DNA of 64,000 nt. Origin: a virus. A program made the translations under genes and the position numbers. This document shows, one piece after another, positions 51,642 through 59,394 of this stretch. The notes under the pieces are model-generated. The model was not told the DNA's origin and did no database searches. It was given only the letters and a program-made list of their open reading frames with translations. Numbering within the stretch: the first letter of the stretch is position 1; each line of letters begins with the position of its first letter. The stretch covers positions 9,848 to 73,847 of IMG/VR virus record IMGVR_UViG_3300025083_000016. One strand, given 5' to 3'.

Positions 51642-51920
51642 ATGTCTAGTAAAAAACTTACCCCTAGCGTTTTAAGAAAAATTATTGCTGAAGAGCGTGC
51701 ACGTTTAAATGAGACTTTAGAAATGGGACTAAAACATCCTTCAGAGGCACCTAAAAGAACACGTGAAGTTGATGCTGATAAATATGCTAGCTCTTTAGAG
51801 CAGTGCTGCAACTGGTATCAAATGTGTAAACTAAAAGAATCAAAACTTGAAAGAGAACTACAACTTGTTAAAGAAGCAAAGAAAAGACTTAAAACAAGAA
51901 TTCTCAAAAGTGTGAAATAA
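51642..51920 (+). CDS. Putative small prohead core/internal protein
   Basis: N-terminal LTPSVLRKIIAEERARLNE; GGAG RBS. Confidence 0.55.
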   Translation: MSSKKLTPSVLRKIIAEERARLNETLEMGLKHPSEAPKRTREVDADKYASSLEQCCNWYQMCKLKESKLERELQLVKEAKKRLKTRILKSVK

Positions 51921-51958
51921 GCATATTTATTATTATACTACAATAAAAGGAGCAAAAA

Positions 51959-52648
51959 ATGGCTAAAGGCGCAAATGGTACAATTGATTTAGCAAGCTTT
52001 ACACAGTTGCAAAGGCAAAGAGAAGCTTTTGGTAATAGAAATCCAGCTGGAAAATCTTACGGGGTTGCAAGTAATAGACTTACTGAGGTCGACGGTGCAT
52101 TGTTTCCTAAAAGTCCTTTACTTGCAACCAATAGAAGTGGTCGACTTTCTGGCGATCGAGCAGGCATTTTTCCTGACAACGGAGACATATACAAAGCTTT
52201 TGCAAATGTTGTAGATAATAGTGAATCAATCAACGGTTTTGGATTTGATGATGCAGATCAAGTTAATCTAAACTATCAACATGCAGACAACCCTTTAAGT
52301 TCTGATGTTAATTCTTTAACAACAGGAAAACCAGCAGAAGAAATAGATAATTTTGGATCTAAAAAAAGATATGTAGGTTTTCCTGACTTAAAACCAGTAA
52401 GTGATTTATCTGTTCCTCAAGAAACTGCAAACACTGAAGCAACTCCAGGTCTAAAAAAGGTTCCTAACGAAAATTATGGTAGTAGTGTAGTTCAAGATAG
52501 AGATGCACTTAACCAGATTTATTCAGTTGTAGGATCTGGTAACAATGAAATGCAAGACCAAAGAGGTACTTACGAGTCTGATAGATTCTCATCTGATAAT
52601 GGTGATAAAATTGGAAAATATTTTAAAAATGTAATGGCTGGAGAATAA
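51959..52648 (+). CDS. Hypothetical head-module protein
   Basis: AAGGAG RBS; hydrophilic Gly/Asn/Asp-rich sequence. Confidence 0.6.
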   Translation: MAKGANGTIDLASFTQLQRQREAFGNRNPAGKSYGVASNRLTEVDGALFPKSPLLATNRSGRLSGDRAGIFPDNGDIYKAFANVVDNSESINGFGFDDADQVNLNYQHADNPLSSDVNSLTTGKPAEEIDNFGSKKRYVGFPDLKPVSDLSVPQETANTEATPGLKKVPNENYGSSVVQDRDALNQIYSVVGSGNNEMQDQRGTYESDRFSSDNGDKIGKYFKNVMAGE

Positions 52649-52651
52649 ATT

Positions 52652-53404
52652 ATGACAAAGTCAACTTTAAATAAAGAAATTAGTGATTTACCAAACAGAC
52701 ATGGTTATATTACAAAAAATTTAGAAGTTCATTCGTCTGATGAAAATCCTAGAAATTATTCTGAAGGTAAAGGTGAAGGAAATCATAACACTTTACAAAG
52801 TATATTTTCAAGTCATCCAGACTCTGTAGTTAATGTTTTACCTGACTCGACTGCAGCTAAAGATGCATCAGACTTTAAAATTGCAGCTTCAGTTTTTAAA
52901 GGAAGATCTGCTTTACAAGGTCTAGATATTTCTGGAGAGCATGAATTAGCTTTGAGACAAGTTGCAACAAGCTTAAGAAACTCTAGTTTGCAAATTAATA
53001 GAGAAAATGTAAGTAGTGCAATAAATGATTTTTTCGGCCAGCAAGAATCTGTTATAGTTAGTCAAAGTGAAGCATATGATCGGATTTTAGAAATTATAAG
53101 TGAACAAAATCAAGCTGAGTCTATAGCATACAATCCAGACTTTCCTTTAAACGATGTAAACTTTATGTATACACAAAGTGGTGTATCTAGAGCTAACGAT
53201 TTAGGTGATTTTGAAGAATCTCATTCGCCAAACGTAGCTTTTGGAAATCAGTCCAATTTTGATCCAACTCATGTATCTTCAAATCCTTTACAAGGTACTA
53301 AAGGATCAAGTGACGGTGGTTTTGGTGTTTCACCATTATCAGCATTTACTTCTAGAAATGTCTTAAAAGACGTTGTTAATAAATACAGAAACTCTGAAGA
53401 TTAA
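52652..53404 (+). CDS. Hypothetical head-module protein
   Basis: 250-aa hydrophilic Ser/Asn-rich ORF, tightly packed. Confidence 0.6.
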   Translation: MTKSTLNKEISDLPNRHGYITKNLEVHSSDENPRNYSEGKGEGNHNTLQSIFSSHPDSVVNVLPDSTAAKDASDFKIAASVFKGRSALQGLDISGEHELALRQVATSLRNSSLQINRENVSSAINDFFGQQESVIVSQSEAYDRILEIISEQNQAESIAYNPDFPLNDVNFMYTQSGVSRANDLGDFEESHSPNVAFGNQSNFDPTHVSSNPLQGTKGSSDGGFGVSPLSAFTSRNVLKDVVNKYRNSED

Positions 53405-54183
53405 TGACTGGTTTTTATCAAGGAACACTAAGCGGCCCAGGATCTGGTTTTGCAACAGGCGACACTCGAAGAGGTCTCGGTTATGCCAAAACTACAGGTG
53501 ACAGTAAATCTGGGCTAGGTGGTAACTGGGACATGGGTGATGCTTTAAGTTCTCCTATTGGACCTTACGACGATGTAGAAAATAGAATGTTTCCCGAACA
53601 AGGTGAAGACGAAGATTTGTCATATGACGAAATATTGTTTTACGCAAAGCAATCAAATGCTGTAGGCGGGAAAAATAACTTTGACATAGACTCATATTCA
53701 CATTATTCCAAACATGATATCGGAAGTTTTGTGCCTCACGCAAATACAGCAGCTGCAGTTCTTGCACAAGGATATGATAGAGGCAATGAAAAAATATTAA
53801 GAGAATTTATTAGAGAATCGCTAAGCGAAGTAACGTCAATGAGTGTTAGAGTAATGGTTAGAGGAAGTTTAGGAGACACTTATAAAAGTAGTAAAGCTAA
53901 TGTATCGAATGTAAATCAGATGTCGCCTGGTGACCCTTCTATAAAACAAAAAGGATATGGGCAAAGTGTTGGGACGCAAGACATGTATCCTTATGTTAAA
54001 GCAGGAAAGCCTACAACAGATGGTGCAGAGACTATGAGAAGAGTAAGTGCTCATATTGAAAACGACGACGAATTTGATTGGAACAATCCTAATTACTCAT
54101 CTTCAGATCATCTTATAGACACTACTGAAAAAGACTATTTAGACTGGGAAAACGTAAGAAGTCATAATAGAAAATTTAAATAA
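53404..54183 (+). CDS. Hypothetical head-module (internal) protein
   Basis: Gly/Ser/Asp-rich with an internal ILREFIRESLSE motif. Confidence 0.6.
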   Translation: MTGFYQGTLSGPGSGFATGDTRRGLGYAKTTGDSKSGLGGNWDMGDALSSPIGPYDDVENRMFPEQGEDEDLSYDEILFYAKQSNAVGGKNNFDIDSYSHYSKHDIGSFVPHANTAAAVLAQGYDRGNEKILREFIRESLSEVTSMSVRVMVRGSLGDTYKSSKANVSNVNQMSPGDPSIKQKGYGQSVGTQDMYPYVKAGKPTTDGAETMRRVSAHIENDDEFDWNNPNYSSSDHLIDTTEKDYLDWENVRSHNRKFK

Positions 54184-54253
54184 ATTTAAAATTAAAAAAA
54201 ATAGTCATAATTAAAATATATACTAATAACAAATAAAATGGCGAGAGTATAAC

Positions 54254-55777
54254 ATGTCTAATAATTTATATGAAGAAGCAATTAATGCTGCTGAACAAAT
54301 AAAAGAAGCAGCTGAGAGTCGTGTAAAGCAACAATTAGTGGAAGCAATGTCTCCTAAGATTAAACAATTGATAGAAAATAGTTTAATGGAAGAGCCAGAT
54401 GAGTGTGGTAAGAGTATTGAAGAAAAAGAATGTGGTGAAGGTATTGATGAGGGCGAAGTAGAAGAATGTGGTGAAGGTATTGAAGAAGAAGAAGGACAAA
54501 TTGAAATTTCATCTGAATCTGTCGATATTTTAAAGAAAATGTTAGGTCAAAAACAAAAAAGAAGTGCAATTTCAGAAAGTCTAGCGACAGTTAGAAAAGG
54601 AATTAATGCTCTTAAAAAAGCAATGATTCTAGCTGAAAATAACAAAAATTCTGCAAAAATTAAAAGAAAATTTGTTTATGCATATAATAATTTGTTGCAG
54701 GAATTAAAAAATATCAAATCTAGCAGCATAATTAAAACTGATAAAACACTATTAAAAGAATTTTTACAATTATCTAAGGAGTTAAACAATATGTCAAGAA
54801 GCAGATCTAGAAGTAGATACTTGAATGAAAACCTAGAAGACCTTCTAGAAATGAACCTTTTCGAAGAAGATGAAGACGAAGAAACTGAAGAAACTGAAGA
54901 AACTGAAGAAATGATGGATTCAGAAGAAGAATCTGATAAACCCGGTTCAGAAGGCGTTGATCTTGGGCCTCTTGAAGATATGTCTTTCAGAGAAGTTGTT
55001 GATGCTGCACTAAGTGGAGCTGATTCAGGTGCAGAAGAAATGGATCTTTCTTCACTCGATGATGAAGACGAAGACGAAATGGAAGAAGGCGTTGATGAAG
55101 TATATGAGGTTGAAGAGAATTTAGAGGGTCTAGAAGGCAAAGAAGAAATCGAAGCGGAAGGGTTGGAAGAAGGTCTCTTCTTAGAAATTGATGAAAATAT
55201 GCTTAAACGAGAAATTAAAAATATGAGAAGACTCCGTGAAGGTGAAGCTAAAGATATGGCATCACACTTTGGTGGAGGAAGTTTAGACAAAGAAATGTTT
55301 ATTGACGGTGTTGATCTTAATGTACATGCAGACCATTTAGGTCGCGAGGATGTACCTACACCTAAAGTTGAAGCTGCTCTTAGAAATGCTGTACGGAAAA
55401 ATCGTATTGTTGAGAGTAAGAACAAACAATATAAAAATGCTCTTCGAGGAATGAAGAAGCAATTAACAGAAATGAACCTTTTCAACGCAAAGCTTCTTTA
55501 TGCCAATAAGTTAATGCAAAATAGAGATCTTTCTATTAAGCAACAAAAACATATCGTAGAATCATTAGACGAAGCAGGAACTTTAAATGAAGCTAAGCTT
55601 CTTTTTGAAAGTCTTTCTAAATCTCTAAGCCGACCATCTAGAAAAGGTGGAAATCTTAATGAGAGTTCAAGTAGACGTGTTCTAAGCTCTTCATCACGTT
55701 CAGTGAAAAGTGCACAACCAATTAATGAAAACGTTGCACTTGATCGATGGGCTACTTTAGCAGGAATCAAAAAATAA
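54254..55777 (+). CDS. Prohead scaffolding/core protein (gp22-like role)
   Basis: Directly upstream of the MCP. Very acidic centre, coiled coil LTEMNLFNAKLLYANKL, terminal RWATLAGIKK. Confidence 0.8.
   Translation: MSNNLYEEAINAAEQIKEAAESRVKQQLVEAMSPKIKQLIENSLMEEPDECGKSIEEKECGEGIDEGEVEECGEGIEEEEGQIEISSESVDILKKMLGQKQKRSAISESLATVRKGINALKKAMILAENNKNSAKIKRKFVYAYNNLLQELKNIKSSSIIKTDKTLLKEFLQLSKELNNMSRSRSRSRYLNENLEDLLEMNLFEEDEDEETEETEETEEMMDSEEESDKPGSEGVDLGPLEDMSFREVVDAALSGADSGAEEMDLSSLDDEDEDEMEEGVDEVYEVEENLEGLEGKEEIEAEGLEEGLFLEIDENMLKREIKNMRRLREGEAKDMASHFGGGSLDKEMFIDGVDLNVHADHLGREDVPTPKVEAALRNAVRKNRIVESKNKQYKNALRGMKKQLTEMNLFNAKLLYANKLMQNRDLSIKQQKHIVESLDEAGTLNEAKLLFESLSKSLSRPSRKGGNLNESSSRRVLSSSSRSVKSAQPINENVALDRWATLAGIKK
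54401..54487 (+). repeat. Three coding repeats of E-C-G-[KE]-[SG]-I-[ED]-E
   Basis: Copies at 54401, 54428 and 54464. The last two share GAATGTGGTGAAGGTATTGA exactly. Confidence 0.85.
54791..55777 (+). CDS. Probable nested in-frame short scaffold isoform (328 aa, from Met180)
   Basis: TAAGGAG at 54775-54781, 9 nt before an in-frame ATG. CATAATTAAAA at 54727-54737 is identical to the motif at 54206-54216 upstream of the full ORF. Confidence 0.6.
   Translation: MSRSRSRSRYLNENLEDLLEMNLFEEDEDEETEETEETEEMMDSEEESDKPGSEGVDLGPLEDMSFREVVDAALSGADSGAEEMDLSSLDDEDEDEMEEGVDEVYEVEENLEGLEGKEEIEAEGLEEGLFLEIDENMLKREIKNMRRLREGEAKDMASHFGGGSLDKEMFIDGVDLNVHADHLGREDVPTPKVEAALRNAVRKNRIVESKNKQYKNALRGMKKQLTEMNLFNAKLLYANKLMQNRDLSIKQQKHIVESLDEAGTLNEAKLLFESLSKSLSRPSRKGGNLNESSSRRVLSSSSRSVKSAQPINENVALDRWATLAGIKK
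54878..54910 (+). repeat. 9-bp tandem repeat (GAAGAAACT x3 + partial) encoding EET
   Basis: Read directly from the sequence. Confidence 0.85.
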
Positions 55778-55826
55778 TTTTAATTTTAAACAAACTTAAT
55801 AATAAAACAAAAAGGAATTAAAAACT

Positions 55827-57803
55827 ATGAGTTTTTCATTACAAACTTTAACTGAAGGCATTCGTGATCGTCACGTAGGTCAACAAAACAAGAGATTGGT
55901 CGAGAAGTGGTCTCGTACTGGTCTTCTTCGTGGAATGGATGATGTAAACCGAGAAGTTATGGCTACTCTTTTAGAGAATCAAGCTGCTCAAGTTTTACGT
56001 GAATCTAATACTATGGGTTCCGGTGATGTTGGTGGTTTTACTAACATTGCTTTCCCAATCGTTCGTCGTGTATTCGGTGGACTCGTTGCAAATGAATTGG
56101 TTTCTATCCAACCTATGTCTCTTCCAAGTGGACTTCTTTTCTACTTAGATTACACCTATGGAAACGATGCAGGCGGTTATGCTAGTGGATCTTCAATTTA
56201 TGGTCAACCTAGCGGAAAAGATATTCAAAATGGTGCTGACGCTGTTGGTGGTCAATATGATCTTGCTGGAAGTGGATTTTCAAAAGTTCACGTAAAAGCA
56301 GCTTCAGCTGCTTCAAATCGTGACGGTGGTTTTGCGGTTGTTAGAACTAATGCAGCTGATGTTGCAGCTGATGTAGATGAAAATAAGGTTCAATTTGTAG
56401 TAGCAGCAGGAGCTTTTAGAGCATCAGACGCAGCTTTACAAGCAGATGGTGAAATTGCATTAGATTCTGTAGAAGATATGCGTCTTATTCAACATGATCC
56501 GCAACTTATTGAAAGAATTACTTCTGTAGCAGATGGTGGCAAAGGCGAGAATTATGCATTTTTACTATTACCTCTCTCGGCTACACAAGTAGGCGGACAA
56601 ACAAGTGGAGTTGCTAACTCTACAGTAAAACCACTTTCTTCAATGGATAAAACTTTAATTAAAGACTTAGTTTTACTTTCTGACACGACTGCTGTAGCTG
56701 ATAACTTGGACAGAATTCCTTCAGCAATGCAAAGTGGAAATGCAGTAAACCTTAAAAGATTAACACAATTAGGCGATTGGGATGGAACTAAATTTACTCC
56801 TGATGCAAATGCTTCACTTGACGCATCTTCTACAAGAGTATTACTTATTGTAAAGAAAGATGATGCTGCAACTCTTGCATCTAAAGATTTTGGAGATACA
56901 CTTAGAGTTTCTTTTGTAAAGGCAGACAATGTAACTGTTGGAACTGGTGGCGAAGCTGATGGAACTCCAGCATTTGAAAGTGGCATGCAAGAGCAAAGTA
57001 CTGCTATTAGCCCAACAATCCCAGAAATTGATATCAAGATCGAATCAATTCCAGTAACAGCTCAAACACGTAAGTTAAGAGCACGTTGGAGCCCAGAGTT
57101 GGCACAAGACCTTAACGCATACCATTCAATGGATGCAGAGGTTGAGCTTACTCAAATTCTTTCAGAGCAGATTGCTTTGGAAATCGATCGTGAGATTCTT
57201 GGAGATCTCCTTAGCGGTGCTAAGGGAGCTAACTTCTTCTGGAGTCGTTCACCTGGTAAATTTGTAAATAAGAGAACTGGTGCAGCTGTAGAACGTGCAA
57301 ACACATTACAACCTGGGCCAGCTTTCACTGGTACTGTTCGTGAATGGTATGAGACTTTAACTGAGACTGTTATTGACGTAGCAAATGAAATCCATAGAAA
57401 AACTCTTCGTGGATCTGCTAACTTTATCGTAGTATCTCCAGACGTTGCTACTATTCTAGAAGCTTCTGTATTATATCGTCCTTCTTATAGCCTTGATGGT
57501 GACGGACAAGTTGGTGCTCCATTTACTATGGGTGCTGAAAAGATTGGATCTCTTTCTAATCGTTTCACAGTTTACAAAGATCCTTACTTCCCTCGTAACA
57601 AAATCCTTGTTGGATACAAAGGTGGTTCTTATCTTGAAACTGGTTTCGTTTATGCTCCATATGTACCCCTCATCGTTACACCGACCATTTTCCAACCAGA
57701 AGATTTCACACCACGTAAGGGTGTTATGACTCGTTATGGTAAAAAGATGGTACGTGCTGACTTCTACGGAACTGTAACTTGTTTGGACATGAACATTATC
57801 TAA
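55827..57803 (+). CDS. Major capsid protein, T4 gp23-like, with a large insertion
   Basis: LLENQA, PIVRRVF..LVANELVSIQPMSLPSGLLFYLD, TRKLRARWSPELAQDLNAYH..DAEVEL, EIDREI, GYKG, YAPYVPL, and PRKGVMTRYG. Confidence 0.97.
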   Translation: MSFSLQTLTEGIRDRHVGQQNKRLVEKWSRTGLLRGMDDVNREVMATLLENQAAQVLRESNTMGSGDVGGFTNIAFPIVRRVFGGLVANELVSIQPMSLPSGLLFYLDYTYGNDAGGYASGSSIYGQPSGKDIQNGADAVGGQYDLAGSGFSKVHVKAASAASNRDGGFAVVRTNAADVAADVDENKVQFVVAAGAFRASDAALQADGEIALDSVEDMRLIQHDPQLIERITSVADGGKGENYAFLLLPLSATQVGGQTSGVANSTVKPLSSMDKTLIKDLVLLSDTTAVADNLDRIPSAMQSGNAVNLKRLTQLGDWDGTKFTPDANASLDASSTRVLLIVKKDDAATLASKDFGDTLRVSFVKADNVTVGTGGEADGTPAFESGMQEQSTAISPTIPEIDIKIESIPVTAQTRKLRARWSPELAQDLNAYHSMDAEVELTQILSEQIALEIDREILGDLLSGAKGANFFWSRSPGKFVNKRTGAAVERANTLQPGPAFTGTVREWYETLTETVIDVANEIHRKTLRGSANFIVVSPDVATILEASVLYRPSYSLDGDGQVGAPFTMGAEKIGSLSNRFTVYKDPYFPRNKILVGYKGGSYLETGFVYAPYVPLIVTPTIFQPEDFTPRKGVMTRYGKKMVRADFYGTVTCLDMNII

Positions 57804-57839
57804 TAATTAGTTCAATCACAACCTCGAAGTGACAATATA

Positions 57840-57877
57840 GAAAACTGCTTCATTTTTAAAATGTTGTGGTTTTTTTT
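57840..57877 (+). terminator. Probable intrinsic terminator after the major capsid gene
   Basis: Imperfect hairpin AAAACTGC-TT-CATTT...AAATG-TT-GTGGTTTT running into a T-tract. Confidence 0.5.
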
Positions 57878-57941
57878 GTGTGTAAAATATGCATAATCAT
57901 AATAATATATATATGTATATACCACGAAAAGGAGTAACAAC

Positions 57942-59321
57942 ATGAAATGTCAATTATGTGATTTTGAAGGTGAAGGAAAAAACTTTAGTAATCATTTACA
58001 AAAAGTGCACAAGCTAAAAAGTAAAGAATACACAAAACAATATATCTGTAAAGATTATAATGGATGTTTGAATTGTGGTAAAGAGACAAGATATGTTGCA
58101 TATACATTTAAGAAATATTGTAAAGATTGCGCAAAAGTTGGAATGTCTATAGGCGGAAGGAAAGGCGGAAAGCATGAAGCTTGGAATAAAGGAAAGACAA
58201 AAGAAACAGACTGTAGGATAAAAGGCAGTTCAGGAAAAGACAATCCTTTTTGGGGTAAGAATCATTCTGAAGAAACTTTAAATAGAATAAGTTTGACAAA
58301 AAGATTAGGTGGAAAAGAAGTATTAGAAAGAATTTTAAAGAGAAACAAAGAATTTGAAATTTTAACCCCTGTAGATGAGTATTTTAGTCGTCAAAGACAA
58401 TATCTAGATTTCAAATGTAAGAAATGTGGATTTGAGTGTAAAAAAACTTTACAAGCATTTGAAAGAGGATCATTGTGTCCTAAATGTTATCCTGTGACAA
58501 GGTCTAAAGCAGAAATTGAAATATATGAATATATTGTTAACTTGAGGATAGACGACGTTTTATCTAATGATAGAAGTCTAATAAAACCTAAGGAAATCGA
58601 TATTCTGTCAAAACAGAATAACTTCGGGATAGAATTTAATGGTTTGTATTGGCATAGTGACGTTATTGATAAAACAACTAAGTACGATTTGTTAAATAAG
58701 ACAAAATTATGTAAAGATTTAGGTGTAAAGTTAATGCACATCTATTCAGATGAATGGGAATACAAAAGAAATATCTGTCAGAGTATGATTAAAAATAGAC
58801 TTGGATTGTGCAATAAGGTTTTTGCAAGAAAGTGTAAGCTAAAAGAAATAGATAAAAAAGATTTTAGCAGATTTATGAATGATAATCATATAAGTGGAAG
58901 TGTGAATAGTAGTGTAAGGTTAGGATTATACTTTAATGAAGAGTTAATCTTAGCAATTGGTTTTAGGAAGCCTAGACAGAAAAAGTGGAGTGGCTACTAT
59001 GAAATAAGCAGATTTGCTACAAAATTAGACTATGTTGTTGTAGGTGGATTAAGTAAATTATTAAAATTTTTTAAAAATCAAGTATCGAGAAAGATAATGA
59101 CATACGCAGACCGTCGTTTTGGTGAAGGTTTAGGTTATGAAAAAGCTGGTTTTAAATATTACGGAGATTCCGGAATCGACTATTGGTATTCAGATGGAAG
59201 AAACAGATATGATAGATTTATCATAAAAACTGATGATAAAATGACAGAAAGAGAGAAAGCTGCAGATATGGGTTTATATAAGGTTTGGGGTTGCGGAAGC
59301 AATATCTGGGTTCTCGATTGA
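57942..59321 (+). CDS. Free-standing Hef-like homing endonuclease (Zn fingers, NUMOD3, Vsr/PD-(D/E)XK-like core, GNAT-like C-terminus)
   Basis: CQLC...H...H, CLNC/CKDC, AWNKG, NPFWGKNHSEET, CKKC/CPKC, EIDI...GIEFNGLYWHS, EISRFA...VVGGLSKLL, and TYADRRF..G..Y...GF. Confidence 0.75.
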   Translation: MKCQLCDFEGEGKNFSNHLQKVHKLKSKEYTKQYICKDYNGCLNCGKETRYVAYTFKKYCKDCAKVGMSIGGRKGGKHEAWNKGKTKETDCRIKGSSGKDNPFWGKNHSEETLNRISLTKRLGGKEVLERILKRNKEFEILTPVDEYFSRQRQYLDFKCKKCGFECKKTLQAFERGSLCPKCYPVTRSKAEIEIYEYIVNLRIDDVLSNDRSLIKPKEIDILSKQNNFGIEFNGLYWHSDVIDKTTKYDLLNKTKLCKDLGVKLMHIYSDEWEYKRNICQSMIKNRLGLCNKVFARKCKLKEIDKKDFSRFMNDNHISGSVNSSVRLGLYFNEELILAIGFRKPRQKKWSGYYEISRFATKLDYVVVGGLSKLLKFFKNQVSRKIMTYADRRFGEGLGYEKAGFKYYGDSGIDYWYSDGRNRYDRFIIKTDDKMTEREKAADMGLYKVWGCGSNIWVLD

Positions 59322-59394
59322 ATCTGTTAAAAAGTTCATTATTTTAAAAGGTGATCGTATTTAATATAATTATAAAAAAATATAAGGAAATCAA

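Noticed and set aside
54676-55485. 269-aa minus-strand ORF
   Set aside because: Ser-rich antisense shadow of the GAA/GAT-rich scaffold gene. It has no RBS or motif.
56552-57037. 161-aa minus-strand ORF in the MCP, and the other 60-113 aa ORFs nested in long genes
   Set aside because: They lie wholly within well-supported genes and are explained by codon bias on the coding strand.
57804-57941. Structured RNA or tRNA in the gap after the MCP
   Set aside because: Only a weak terminator-like hairpin and AT-rich promoter-like sequence are present. There is no cloverleaf or T-loop consensus.
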